DNA of 63,790 nucleotides, counting the filler, from Reclinomonas americana ATCC 50394 (Eukaryota), in assembly GCA_048213135.1 (NCBI GenBank). It is 7 parts of 3 records of this genome, joined end to end, with 100 filler letters (N's around TTAATTAATTAA, not from the genome) between each part and the next. Parts side by side here need not be neighbours in the genome. Positions count along the whole stretch, not along the records: positions 1 to 16,645 come from PS015156.1; 6 more parts are not named here. One strand, given 5' to 3'. Both the position numbers and the translations under genes were made by a program. How positions within the stretch are numbered: the stretch's first letter is position 1; each line of letters begins with the position of its first letter. Positions 1-13,033 of this stretch are shown here, one piece after another. The notes beneath the pieces are model-generated. The model worked only from the letters and a program-made list of their open reading frames with translations. It was not told where the DNA came from and did no database searches.

Positions 1-99
1 AAACAACCAAATAAGGGGAAAAGACAGACTTCTCACTCACTCTCTCACAAAACACTTCTCTCTGCCTTCCTTGCGTTCTTCTTGCCAATGAGTAGTGAT

Positions 100-725
100 G
101 AAATACTGGAGGGACAATCATTTCGCGCGCTTTTGATCTTTTCTCTCTCTTCTCTCTGTCTCGTTCTGGTGTGCTGTTGTGTTGCATTGTTGTCTCTTTC
201 ACTGCATTATACAAGCAGGAAGAGGGAGAAGAAAGCAACACGGGATCGCAGTGACTGCAATATTAATGGACAATTGCAATCGCTCTCTCGATCTTCTCTC
301 GCTCTTTCTGCACTCTCTGTCATCGTGCTCGTGTGCTGTGTTGCATTCTCGTTCCTTCCTCTCACTGCTTAACACAAGCAGAAAGAGGGAGAAGCGGGAT
401 ATCGATTGCACTGCTGGAGTGGACAATCATTTTCGCAGCGCGCACTTTTGATCTTCTCTCTTTCTTCGCTCTGTGTCATCGTTCTTGTGTGCTATTGTGT
501 TGCATTCTTCCTTCTTCTCACTGCCTTCTCAACGCGAGAAAGAGGGGGAAAAGGCAACACGGGATATCGATTGCAATCACTGCATTTTCGCGTGTTTGCG
601 TGCTTTCTCTCTCCTCTCTCTGTCCTCGTGTGTGTGTTGCGTTGTGTGTTGTGATCTCCACCCTCCCCTCTCACTGCATTACACAAGCAGAAAGAGAGAG
701 AAGGCAACACGGGATATTGATCAAT
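100..725. repeat. Degenerate tandem repeat, about 155 bp period, about 4 copies, upstream of AASDH
   Basis: Recurring CACTGC..ACAAGCAG(A/G)AAGAG(G/A)GAGAAG..CGGGAT(A)TCG blocks near 200, 363, 520 and 673. Confidence 0.65.
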
Positions 726-844
726 CACTGTTTCTTCTCTCTTTTCTTGTCAACAGTGCGCAGAGTCACTGCTTCCTTCCCTCTCTGATTGCTCCTTACC
801 TGCCTCTTCCCCTTGTTTCATACTCTATCTCCTCTCACTCTCTC

Positions 845-1748
845 ATGTTTCTCATCGAGGAGAGCTTCGCGAGTGAGACTGCATGTGCTGTTCGTTGTGT
901 TTCCAGTGGTGGTGCTGGTGAGGATGAGCTGTCGTTTGCGGAGTTGTTGGTGCGAGTGAGGTGTGTGAGTGCGGCGTTGGCGGAGGTGAGATGCGTGAGA
1001 GGGAGGGAGGGAGGGAAGGTAGAGCTCCTTTCGTTCTTTTCCCTTCTCAGTTTCTCCTCCTCCTCTTGTTTTCTGAGTCTCCTTCCTTTCTTGTTTCCAC
1101 CTCTTTCTTCTCCTGCTCATCCTGCTTCTTCTTCCTCCACGCTCTTCTTCTTCCGTCACCCCTCTTCTTCTTCCCACCTCCACCGCCTTCTGCTCCCCCG
1201 CTTCCTGTTCTTCTTCCTGCTCCTCCCCGTTCCTGCATCCTGCTCTCCTCCACTTTCTCCTTCCCCACCTCCTCCACCTCCTCCTCCTCCCCCACCTCCC
1301 CCACNNNNNNNNNNNNNNNNNNNNNNNNNNNNNNNNNNNNNNNNNNNNNNNNNNNNNNNNNNNNNNNNNNNNNNNNNNNNNNNNNNNNNNNNNNNNNNNN
1401 NNNNNNNNNNNNNNNNNNNNNNNNNNNNNNNNNNNNNNNNNNNNNNNNNNNNNNNNNNNNNNNNNNNNNNNNNNNNNNNNNNNNNNNNNNNNNNNNNNNN
1501 NNNNNNNNNNNNNNNNNNNNNNNNNNNNNNNNNNNNNNNNNNNNNNNNNNNNNNNNNNNNNNNNNNNNNNNNNNNNNNNNNNNNNNNNNNNNNNNNNNNN
1601 NNNNNNNNNNNNNNNNNNNNNNNNNNNNNNNNNNNNNNNNNNNNNNNNNNNNNNNNNNNNNNNNNNNNNNNNNNNNNNNNNNNNNNNNNNNNNNNNNNNN
1701 NNNGGTGCGTGCGCATCACTGAGACAGCTGCACTACTCTGTCTCTCTG

Positions 1749-1794
<46 letters not shown>

Positions 1795-4700
1795 GTCCTC
1801 ACCCATTTCTCTCTGTCTTCATCATTCTCCAGTTCTTTCTGTTCTCGTCTCTTCTCCGTTTTGTTCGTTCTCTTCCTTCCCCTGTTTCTCTGCCTTGATC
1901 CTGTCTCTTTTTCCTTGTCCTCACCGTTCCCCCTGCTTCTCTGTCCTCATCCCTTCTACTCTTCCCCTTTTTCACCCTTTCCCTTTTTTCACCCTTCTCC
2001 CTTCTTCATCACCAGGACACCATCCTCTGCCTCTCGCCACCCCACTTCGACCCCTCCATCATCGACATATGGACGGCGATCACCGCCCGCGCCACCCTCG
2101 TCGCCACCTCGCCAGAAAACGTCGCCGACACCCAATCCCTCCTGCAAGTCATGCAGAAGTCGCGCCCCACGTAAGTGCTCACCTCACACAAGAGCACCCT
2201 TCCTTTTCTCATTCCTGCGTCGCAGAATCGTGCACATGACACCCACCGTCCTCCACCGCCTCGCTCTCGTCACCTCTCCCGCCGGCCTCTGCGCCGCCGT
2301 GCCCTCCTTGCGCTTGCTCTCCCTCGGCGGCGAGCCGTGCCCTGCACCGTCCCTGCTGAAGCGCGTGCTGGGCCGTGCATGTCCGCCGGGATTCCGCGTG
2401 GTGAATGTGTACGGCATCACGGAGGTGTCGGTGGTGAGTGTGGTCACCGATTGCCAGCCTCCACCTCTCTTCTCACACGCACGGTGATAGTGGGCATCGG
2501 TGGAAGAGGTGGATCTTGCGGAAGGGGACGACGACGAGGTGAGCGTCCCCATCGGGTCTCCATTGCAGGGCACGCACTTTGCTCTCGAGTCGGAGGAGTT
2601 TCGTTGGTGGTGGACTCGTCTTTGGTGGCTGTCTGTCACTGATGACTAGCACGCAGAGATGGTGGTGGCGTGTTGACACCCCTCGCCTCGCTGACGCACA
2701 TGCTGGAGGCGAGTGGAATATTGTGGATCGGTGGACCGCAGCGCCACTGTCGCTGCTTCTCTCTTCCCTCGGTGACCGCGATTGAGCCGCGAGTGGCAAC
2801 AGTAGAGCACGAGAATGCCATGTTCGCGTCGTCGGGAGACGTGGTCGCGTGCACGCGAGAGGTTTGCCTTTTGCGCTCAAAGATCCTTGTTGCACTCTCC
2901 TCATTCCTCCACTTCAGAGCACTGCCGACCCGTGGACCATTCGCTGCCTCGGCCGTCGCGATCACCAGGTGAAGCTGTTCGGCAAGCGAGTGGATCTGAG
3001 TGTGGTCGAACAAGTCACCCAATCGGCGCTGGAGGAGGTGGTGGTGCAATGTCGGTGAGTGTCGGGGAGGGAGCGGGGGAAGGGGATGGGAGGGAGAGGG
3101 AAGCGACGCGAATCGAAACAAGAGAATGAGAGAAGAAGAAGGATGCAACAAGCGAGAGACAGAGAGAGAGAGAGAGAGAGAGTACGACAGAGATCGACAG
3201 ATACATAGGGAGTGAGAGAGCAAGGCGAAGAAGGCTTGCAGAAAGAGCACGTATGAGTGACGACGAAAGCAAGATGAAGGGGTGGTTTTCCTTTGAATCT
3301 TCAATCTTCGACCCTTGCCTTCCCCCTTGACCCATATCTCGCATCCTTCTCCGTACCCTTCATTCCCGACTCCTCCTCTGCACCCTTTCCCTTTTATCAC
3401 CCTTTCCCTTTGCCAACGCAGCGTGCTCTCCCGCACTCCAGCCGGCGCACCTCCCACCCTGGTTGCCTTTGTGGTCCTGCGCCGCGGCCGCCGCATTCAC
3501 GACTCCCACATTCGACAACTCTTTCGCTGTGCCGCCTTTACGTGGCAGTTGGTGGACGCGGTGGCCGTTGTGCCGGCGCTGCCCATCGATGCCAACGGCA
3601 AGGTATGCAGAAATGGCGGCTGTGGTCGACGCATCCACTCACCTTTTGTCGATGCAGGTCGACGCTCGTGAATTGTGGAGTCAATACGACAGTGGCGCAC
3701 TGGATGTCACGGTCGTGGCGCCACCCGAGGCCCGCACAGATGGACCGCTGCACTCGGAAGCCGTGTTCGCCGCTTGGTTGCGTCCGCTGTGGATGGCGTG
3801 GGCCAGCGCTGCGGAACCAGTCTCTCCTTCATGTCGATACTTTGTGGAGGCCGGTGGGGACTCGCTGGCTGCCGTTCGACTGTCGTCCTCTATTGTGCGC
3901 GCATACGCCGAGTGGCGCATGCACGGGGACAGTGACGGTCTGCTGGCATCTCCAGCTCTGATCGATAGGTGAGTGCTACTCGAATAGCGTGCGGTGGGCT
4001 GTGTCGCTCAATTTCCAAGCACAGGATGGGCCAATGCATTCTCCACGATCCGTTCGACAACTGCGCAAGTCGACTGTTCAACATGCTAAACGAAGCTGCG
4101 GATGTGCTCGACAGGTCTGCCGGCGATGGCCGCCGTCCTGCGGAAGACGAGCCGCCAGCAAAGCGTGTCGCGGTGCCTCGTGCGGCCCCCGCTGGGCAAG
4201 TCACGTGCATCAGTCGCGGTTCACAGATGTACTCGATGCCATTGGTGGAGGGCGCGTACCAGCCGTTGGGGGCGACACAGTTGCGTTGGCTCACGATTTG
4301 GTGAGAAAGGGAGTGTGTGGAGAAAGAAAGGGAGAGGAAGCGAGAGAAGACTGCGAGAGAGTGAGGAGAGGACAGCTGTGTGTGTGTGTGAGAGAGAGAG
4401 AGGTAGGGGGTTTGTGAGCAAGAAGGTGAGTGAACGGGCGAGTGAGTGAGTGAGTGAGTGAGAGTGAGTGAGCGGGTGAGTGAAAAGAGTGTGCGTGTGC
4501 GAGTGGGTGAGAGAAAGTGCGTGAGTGGGAGAAGAGTGTGACAGAGTGAAGAGAGGACGGTGGTGAGAGTTTGTTGGAGCGAATGTCTCACCTCGGCTGT
4601 GGCAGAGCCTCCGCTACTGCATCTGGCGAGGGCGAGTGGGTAGAGGAGTGGCGTGTCAATGTCAGCAAGTGCGTCGACGCTGCGCCGTTGCTTCTCCAGT

Positions 4701-7179
4701 ATCCCGATGGCTCAGAACGGTGGAGTTGATCGTGTGCTGGCAAAGTTGGATGATTGTCTTACATTGTCGCAGTGTCTTTGTCGGATCGCACGCGCACATG
4801 TTTGTGGCTGCGGATGCGCGGACTGGAGCGGTGCTGTGGACGGTGAGGGAAATGAGGGAAGGAGGAAGCGAGAGAAACGGGGGAATGGACGAAACAAGGG
4901 GAAATGGAGAGGCCTATTGTTGTTCTGTGGGCGATCGTCGTCGCTCTCCCTTCCTTTCTCTTTGTTTGTTGCTTCTGCTGCATGCTCATGCTTCTTCCGC
5001 ACACACAGACCCACACTGGCGGTCGCATCGAATCCAGTGCCGCAGCTCGCCTCGGCGCCGACCACAGCCTGCGCATTGTTGTTGGGGGCTACGACGACTC
5101 CGTGTATGTGCTGGACGCCGATACGGGCGCGGTGGTGTGGAGGATGGAGACCACGGAGGGCCAGGTGCGCGCCAGAGCAAGTCGCATGATCTGTCGCATC
5201 ATTCACTCCCTTTTGCACCACGCAGGGCGAGGTGAAGGGACCGATTGCCGTTCATCCACTCGTCCACGACCGCTGTTATGCGGCGAGTCGCGATGGTCGC
5301 GTGTACGCGCTGTGCACGTCGGCGTGTCGCGTGGTGTGGGCGGCCGATGTGGGTGCGCCAATGACGGCGGCGCCGGTGGTGCACTGCGCGGCACAGACAC
5401 TGGTGCTGGTCGCCACGCTCGACGGGCATGTGGCGGTGATAGAGGCGGAGCATGGCCACGTGTTGCAGCGTGTGTGTGTGCACGCGGTGCCAGTGTTTTG
5501 TGCGCCGGTGGTTGTCGGGCAGGCGAATGCGGTGTTGGTGGCTGGTGCGAGTGGGGTGATGTCGGTGCGATGGTTGGGGGATTTGGAGAAGGAGGTGCGT
5601 GGGGGGGAGGGGAGGGGGAAGGGAGGAAGGGGAGGGAGGAGGGAGAGAGGGGCTGGATGGTATGTGAGTTGCTGAGGTGAAGTTGAAGGGAGAGCGTATG
5701 AGTAGTTGCGCTGATGTGTGAGGTGAAAGAGAGAATGAGGACGTATAACACTGGTGGTAGAAAGGAGACGGTGAAGGAGGTGATGGGAAAGAAGAGTGCA
5801 TGAGTAGGTGCGGTGATGAGCAAGAGAGAGTAAGAGTGAGGAAGGATGGTGAAGTGGATGACAACTGACTGGAGCAGGTGAAGGTGAAGGGAGTGCATGA
5901 GCAGGTGCGATGATGAGCATGAGAAAGTGAGAGTGAGAAGGTATAGCATTGGCAGAGACAGAGGTGGATGGCAACTGAGAGGAGTAGGTGAAGGTGAAGG
6001 GAGTGCATGAGCAGGTGCGGTGACAAGCAAGAGGAAGTGAGAGTGAGGAAGATATTTCTGGTGACGGAGACAGAAGTGGATGGCAACTGAGGAGTAGGTG
6101 AAGGTGAAGGAAGTGCATGAGTAGGTGGCATGAGAAAGTGAGAGTGAGAAAGGATAGTACTGACAGAGACAAGAGTGGATGGCAACTGAGTGGAGCCGGT
6201 GAAGGTGAAGGGAGTGCATCAGTTGATGCGGTGAGGAAGATATTTCTGGCGACAGAGACAGAAGTGGATGGCAACTGAGTGGAGCCGGTGAAGGGAGAAT
6301 GCGTGAGAACGTGCGGCCATAAGCAAATGAGGGTGAGAGTGAGGAAAGACATTTCTGGTGACAGAGGAGTGTGAGGGAGGAAGTGGCGGAAGCGCGTTGA
6401 ATGGTGCTATGAATGATATGTTTTGTAACAGTAGCTGCAGTCACCGGCTGAGAGAGAAAGTGAAGGAGAGTGTGGGATGGGATTAAGAGAAGCTGCAGGA
6501 AGGTGAAGTTGAGGGATGGAATGGAGCGAGGGAATGCTGGAGTGGTGCAGTACTGAGTGCATGAGTGGAGAGGTGCGATGCTTCAGGCGGATTGAGGGAA
6601 GTAAGAGAGAAGACGAGTGTCCTGACCTTCTTCCACGCAGGTGTGGGGCGGGGCGGTGGCTGGAGGTCCCTGTTATTCCACCCCCGTCATTGCCGGCACG
6701 AGTGCGGTGTTTGGTTGCCACGATGGGTGCGTGTATCGCGTGTGTCTGGAGACCGGCCGAGTGCTGCAGCGCGTGGAACTGGTGACTGGTGCGTTCTGTG
6801 TGCCATCAGCCACGAAGAATGCCAGTCTCATTCTCGTGAACCAGGGGGAGGTGCGATCATGGCGGTGGTGGCTGTCGAGGTGCAGGGTGCCGCGGAGGGG
6901 ATGCAGCGACTGTGCGTGTGCACAGCGGAGGGTGGCGTGTGGATCTTGCGTGGTGATGATCTCGCGGTGCTGACGCACCACGAGCACTGTTTACGGGAGG
7001 GCGCTTCGTCCTCGTCGTCGTCGTCGTCGGCAGTGGTGGGGGGTGACGAGCGTGTGGATCTGCACATTTTTTCGTCGCCGCTGTTTGTGGGAGGGAGAGT
7101 GATGGTGGGCACGCGGGACAATTGGTTGATGTGCTGGAGGGTGCCTGAAGGAGGAGGAGAAGGAGAAAGAGGGCGATAG
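845..7179 (+). CDS. AASDH: AASDH/ACSF4-like NRPS-type enzyme (adenylation + phosphopantetheine carrier + PQQ-type beta-propeller); multi-exon, part lost in gap 1305-1703
   Basis: Spliced motifs: FDPSIIDIW, LSLGGEPCP, NVYGITEVS, GRRDHQVKLFGKRVDL, LPIDANGK|VD (adenylation domain); YFVEAGGDSL (carrier Ser); KCVDAAPL, FVGSHAH, GGRIESSA, HIFSSP..VGTRDNWL (propeller). Start codon is tentative. Confidence 0.88.
5790..6365. repeat. Minisatellite (about 110-120 bp units, about 5 copies) inside the 1-kb AASDH intron 5595-6640
   Basis: Repeated GTGGATGGCAACTGAG..GGTGAAGGTGAAGGGAGTGCATGAG units. Confidence 0.8.
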
Positions 7180-8358
7180 TGGCGACTGAACGTGTCTTTG
7201 GAGCTGCGGGAAAAGTTGCATGGCGGTGGGATCGTGGCAGATGATTAGAGGGTGTGTCGATGCTGACTGTAGAAAGTTTGCGCTGTCATGGGATTCCTCG
7301 CCAGGAGCTTCCAACGATCAAGGGTCATGGATGCAAGGGTAACGGGCTGGGAGTAACAAGCTCAGTGGCATGGGAAGAGGTCGAAAAACTGACCCGCGTA
7401 CGATGCAGCTGAAGGGTGCTGGGAGCTCCAGGATGACTACAAGCGAGTCCACGTGTTGAAGAAGATGGGCATTGAGAGCGGACAGCTGCCGAGTGGTGGA
7501 CAGGTGCTGCGGGGTGATCCTGCTGGCGGTCATGCGTTGGTGGACACAGACTGCAATATCCCACCCGAAGCAGCTGCGCCGCAGCCTCAGGGCAACTAGA
7601 ACCATCGCGTCGCTACTGCAGCACCCAGCTTCAACGAGTTCAGCGTGTGCGTAGGCCGCTGAAACATTTTGCGCCACGAAATCCTTTTGAGGCCATCACG
7701 CATTTAATTGGCTTTGCCTCCTGAAAGGGAAGATGACTGTTGGAGAAGAGTATTTGTGTGTTTTGCATATTGTTGGTGTGCCAAGGTCATTGTCGGCAAG
7801 GGATTTGTGGACGTGATTGCAATGCAGTGAATTCGAACGAATTCAAAAGTGTTTCGTTTTTTTGATGCGGGTTTTTATCCTTTTTGCAAGGGGCTGCAAT
7901 CAAGGGAGGAGGCTAAGGATTTTCTATGTGTTCTGACACCAACACCTCTTGCTATCTTTCTGCATTCCTTTTTGGCATTCGGCGTCAAATCCACGCTTGT
8001 CATGAGCCGCGTGGTTTCTCTTGCAGAAACGCCAGCATTAGCCATCTCGACTTCTTCTCGCTTTTTCCGTGATGTCTGAGTTTCTGGTGCTCACTCAAGA
8101 TGCTGCTCATCTTGCTGCGTTGCTGTTTGGATTAGTAAAGTTGTTGCTGAACAATGCCGAATTCGACGTTCACGTCGACGTCGAGATTGCCTGTCACCAG
8201 GAATAAAGAATGCAAAGAGTGAACAACCACAGTAAAGTAGTTCTCCACCCACAACCACCCCACCGTTGACAGCAGATTCCACCACCAGAAAATCGACAGG
8301 ACAATACCAGGACACGCGCGGCTCCCATCACACCCACACACACGCAGTCAAAAAAACC

Positions 8359-11300
8359 ATGGAGAGCTTCCTCGACTGCCAAGACATGTCGAGTGGCACT
8401 CGCGAGCGCTCCTGGTTTGTCCTGCGTGGCTTCCGCGTGTACTCGTACCCGCTGCGCGACTCGTCCGAGTACACCACGTCGATTCTGTTGACTGGGCCGG
8501 GCACGCGAGTGCGAGGCGCGTCCGGGGGGAGCACAGGCGGGCCCGAGTCGTTGAGGTTCTCGTTGGAGTTGGCCGATGGGCGCGAGTATGCGTTTCGGGC
8601 GGATTCGCAGCGGTTGAAACGATTGTGGGTCAAGGCCATGCGGGAGAGCTTGGCGATTATCTCGGGGAAGATGGTGGGTGGATGTGGCGGGGAGGGGGAG
8701 GAAAGTGGGGGGAGAATGGGTGGAGAATGGGGGGAGATTAAGGGGAAGAAGCGGAGGAGATTAAGGGGAAGAAGCGGAGGAGATTTGAGAGTGAGTGTGT
8801 GAGTGTGTGTGAGAAAGTGTGAGAGAGAGAGAAAAGAGAGAGAGAGAGAGTGAGTGAGTGTGGGAGTGAGTGTGTGAGAGAGTGTGTGAGTGAGCGTGTN
8901 NNNNNNNNNNNNNNNNNNNGTGTGTGTGAGAGAGAGAGAGAAGACAGAGAGAGAGAGAGAGTGAGTGAGTGAGTGAGTGTGAGAGTAAGTGTGTGTGAGT
9001 GCGAGTATGAGCAAAGGGTTTCCACAACTCTCTCTCTCTCTCTCTCTCTCCAACTCTCATTCATTGCAACTCACGCTCACTCCCACTCTTTCTCTCTCTT
9101 GCCACGCGGGAGAGCTTGGCGATTATCTCGGCGATCGTTGTGGGAGAAGGGGAGGAGGAGAGATGGATGACTGTGCGAGTGTGATTGAGAGAGCAAGTCC
9201 ACCTCACTAGCCGATCGTACTCTCTACCACTCACTGTCCGTCTGTCTCCCTTTCATTCGCTTCTGTGAGCAGCTGCGATCGCTGTTGAGCAGTTTTGTCA
9301 GCATGGAGTTGCTCTGTTGCTCCCCGTGGCTTTCGCTCACTCCCTTTTTCTCCTGGTGCTGCTGCTGCCTCCTCGTGCTTCCTTCTGCGGCAGCTTCTCC
9401 TCATCTTTCCCCCTCCCGTTTTGCAATTGCTCGTGCACAGCGTCTTCGACAGTTCGATCTGTGAGCAGTCTATCGTGCGCTTCAGATTCTCGCTGTCTCT
9501 GCTCTCTTCTGGCGAACTCGTCTTGTTATGTGCACGGAGACAGTCTTGCTGATCTCTTGCGCATCGTCTCTGCTCTTGTTTGCACATTCGTGCGAGACTC
9601 ATCTCCGCGCTCTCTCCACACTGCCCCTGTTGCCCTTTCTCACTCATCTTGTGTTCTTCCGCCTCGTCCCTTTGTGCTTCACCTCGCTCACCCTCCTTCT
9701 TCATTCTCGACGCAGACAACGCGGATGCAACTAAAAGCCAAGGTGCGCTCACCCCGTCGCTTGCCGACCACCGTCTCCCGATTCTCACTCCGCACCACGC
9801 AGAAAATGGCCGATCTGGAGAACCCAGTACAACGGCGCGGGCACATCGAATTCCTCAAGCGCGGTGGCTTCCTGACCAAGTACCCGTGGGGCAAGGCGAA
9901 ACCCGCGTTGCGCTTCTTTTGCCTTTCAGAGGACGAGACGGAGATCATGGTGAGTGGCGTGGGGAATGCCGATGTGGACAGCTTCGAGTCTCTCCCAGTT
10001 CTTTGTTTCCACTGTGGATCCTCGCCTCTCTCTCTCACACACACACACACAACGTGTCACAATCTCTCTGCCTCTTCCTGTCCCGCTGATTTCGCTGTCC
10101 TACTGCTTCTCTAACTCCACTGTTCCCGAGTCATTCGCCTCGCGTTGACTCCTGGTTGCTGTCTCCATTCCTGTTTTCTCTCTCGCATTCATGCAACCTC
10201 GTCCTCCCCTTCATCCGTTCATACCTCTCGCTGCACATAACGTTCACTCACTGTGTACTCATTTCGTGACTGTCCTCTCGTCCGCACTACGCATGCACCC
10301 ATCCGATTCGCGTCCCGGTTTCTCCGTTATTTTTTCTTGTATCTGTCACCTTCACTCCTCTCGTCTGAATCCTGCACTCACTCATTGTTTTGCATGTTAT
10401 CTGTGCCCATCTACGCCATTCTTCTCTTGTCATTTCTTTCTTCGATATTTGTCGTCCTCGACATTTTGGACTCCTTCTCTCTACCTCATTCATTGTTTGC
10501 CTCCTCCCTCTGCCCTTCCGCTTCTGCCCCTCTCATTCACCTTCTCCCTCCTCTTCTGAATCCTGCACTCACTCATCGTTTTGTATCTTATCTGTTCCCG
10601 TCTACGCCATTCTTCTATTTTGTCAGTCCTCTCTTTCTTCGATATTTGTCGTCCGCACAATGGACTCCTCTTCTACCTTATTCATTGTTTTCCTTCTCCC
10701 TCTTCCCTTCCCCCTCCCCTTCCCTTCCCCCTCCCCTTCCCTTCCCCCTCCCCTTCCCTTCCCCCTCCCCTTTCCTTCCCCTTTTCCTTTTCCTTTCCCT
10801 TCCCCCTCCCCTTTCCTTCCCCCTCCCCCACCCTTCCCTTCATCCCCCTTCCCCTTCACGCGCAGTACGGCAAAAAACGCGGCACAAAAAGCTTCCCCAT
10901 CACCGACATCCGCACCCTGCGCATGGGCCGCAACACACCCTCGTTTGAGAAGTTCTCCGTCGAGGCCTCCCACCTGTGCCTCTCGCTGGTGCTGCGGAAG
11001 CGCAACTTCGACCTGCAAGCTCCCGACCCTGAATCGTATCTGGCGTGGTTTCTCGGTTTCCAGGCGCTGCTGTTGGATCGACTCAAGAGACGGCAGCACC
11101 ACAAGTTCTTTAGCGAGCGCGACATTCTCAAGCTGCAGGTGGGCAGCGACGAACAGAGGGGGGTATTGGGTGGAGCAGGAGTGTCTTATTTTTGTTTGCT
11201 TTTCTCGCAGAATCGGAGTCGGCGGTCACTAGTACCCATACCACCACCACATCTGATGCACCTGGATCGGGAAGATGAAGACGAGGACGGAGAGGATGAT

Positions 11301-12839
11301 CTGGATGAGTCGAGCGAGGCGTCGATTTCGGTGAGCACAATCTCTCTTCTTGTTTTTGAGCTCACTCAACCATCCTCCACTCAATCTTTGCCTCCTCTGA
11401 CTCCATCCCTGCATTTCTCTATCGCACACACGCACCCTGTTCCTCTCCGCTCTCCTCCTTTCCTCCTTCCTCTTTTCCCATCCCTTCCACCATTAAACTT
11501 TGCTGATTTCCCTTTATATTCAGGACCCCGAGGACGTGGACGACGACGGTGGCGGCGCTGGAGGTCCGTCGAGTGCCAGACGAAAATCAGAACCGTTCCC
11601 CATGTCACCGGCAAGCGACGCGGCAACAAGAGCAAGAAGGTGCGGCGCACGATGGACATCTTCTCTTCTTTCTTCGTCGCACATCCTCATTGTCTCGTTC
11701 TCGCGTCAGCTCCACATTACCCACGAAGATCGTCGGCGAGTCAAGACCAGGTTCTTCGTCGAGCAGCGCAGTATCTGCGTCGCCGGCTCCGCCGAGCTCG
11801 TCGGCCAGCGCAGCCGCGGGAGGCAGTGGCAGTGGCGCGCGGCCGGCACCGCAACGACCGAAGAGCGATTCGGGGTTGCCGAGTTTCGGGCAGCTGTCAG
11901 GTGGTGGTGGCAGTGGCTCGGGGTCGGGATCGTTGCGTGAGAGGGAAAGGTGGGAGAATTGGAGAAGGATGCTGCACACCTGTTTTGCGACCGGTGGTTC
12001 TTTTTCTTGCATTTTATTCGTGTTGTCGATCGCTTGTATCCGCAGCAAGAATATGCGATCACATCACCTCTCTCTCTTCTCCTTGCTGTCTTCCTCCTCA
12101 CTACTCTTCCTCCTCATGCGCGTTTGCGAGTTGTCGCGAAGCGTGTTCCTGATCGCTCGTGTCCTTGCACGAATATGCGACCACATCACCTCTCTCTTTT
12201 CTCCTTGCTGTCGTCCTCTTCACTTCTCTTCCTCCTCATGCGCGTTTGCGAGTTGTCGCGAAGCGTGTTCCTGATCGCTTGTGTCCTTGCACGAATATGC
12301 GACCACATCACCTCTCTCTTTTCTCCTTGCTGTCGTCCTCCTCACTTCTCTTCTTCGTGTTCATCATGCGACCTCACACGATGCTTCACTGTTTTACGTT
12401 CACTCGCGTCCTTAGCATCCAAGTCTCGTCGCCTCCTCCCTTCTTTCTCCTCCTTTGTCTTCCACCTCTTCTTGTCTTCTCTTTCCTTTTCCCATCTCCC
12501 TTGTCCTCATATGCTGTTTCGCGCAGTGACGCCCGCCTCCGTGAAGTCCGACGACCACCCTCGCTCGACGGCGACGACGACGACGATGTCGACAGCGACA
12601 GCACCAGTGGCGAAACTGACTCACCGGCACTGTCGGCGACGCGGCCGACACGCCCACCGAGTATCATTCGTGCTGGCTTCTCCTCGCCCGACGCGCTCTC
12701 CCTCGGCAGTGGTCGTGCGGCGTCGCCGGCCATGAGCAACGGCAGCGGTGGGTGGTCACCGAATGGCTCCATGTCACCCGGCGGTCGCCATCGTGTCAGA
12801 AGAGTGACGTTTTCGGAGGAAGTGGCGCCCACACTCTAA
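8359..12839 (+). CDS. Tandem PH-domain protein (canonical PH + PLC-type PH) with acidic and Ser-rich tail
   Basis: Exon 8359-8673 reads ...WFVLRG..YSY...REYAFRADS...LWVKAM (PH). It splices in frame via a short exon at 9716 to LKRGGFLTKY..KPALRFFCLSEDETEIM|YGKK..DIRTLRMGRNTPSF..CLSLVLRKRNFDLQA..WFLGFQAL (PLC-like PH). Stop at 12839. Confidence 0.7.
12050..12352. repeat. About 119 bp tandem repeat (about 2.5 copies) in an intron of the PH gene
   Basis: GAATATGCGA(T/C)CACATCACCTCTCTCT...GCGAGTTGTCGCGAAGCGTGTTCCTGATCGCT recurs at about 12050, 12172 and 12293. Confidence 0.85.
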
Positions 12840-13033
12840 TATTCTCTCTCCTATTTTTCTTTTTTGGGTGTGTATCTGGCTTTCCCCCCCGTACTGTTAG
12901 CTCCTTTGTTGTTGTAACGGTGTGCATTGACTCCCCTTATTTAAAAAGATCGGATAGTATTTTTTCACTCACTTACTATGATGTGTTGGGTGGGTGGGTA
13001 TGCAAACAAACAAACAATGGGGAAATAGGGCAT

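Noticed and set aside
7318-7677. 119-aa minus-strand ORF downstream of AASDH
   Set aside because: No recognisable motif, no ATG start in that frame and no clear splice structure.
5790-12352. Intronic tandem repeats as CRISPR-like arrays
   Set aside because: Units are contiguous degenerate copies without unique spacers, in a eukaryotic context with no cas genes.
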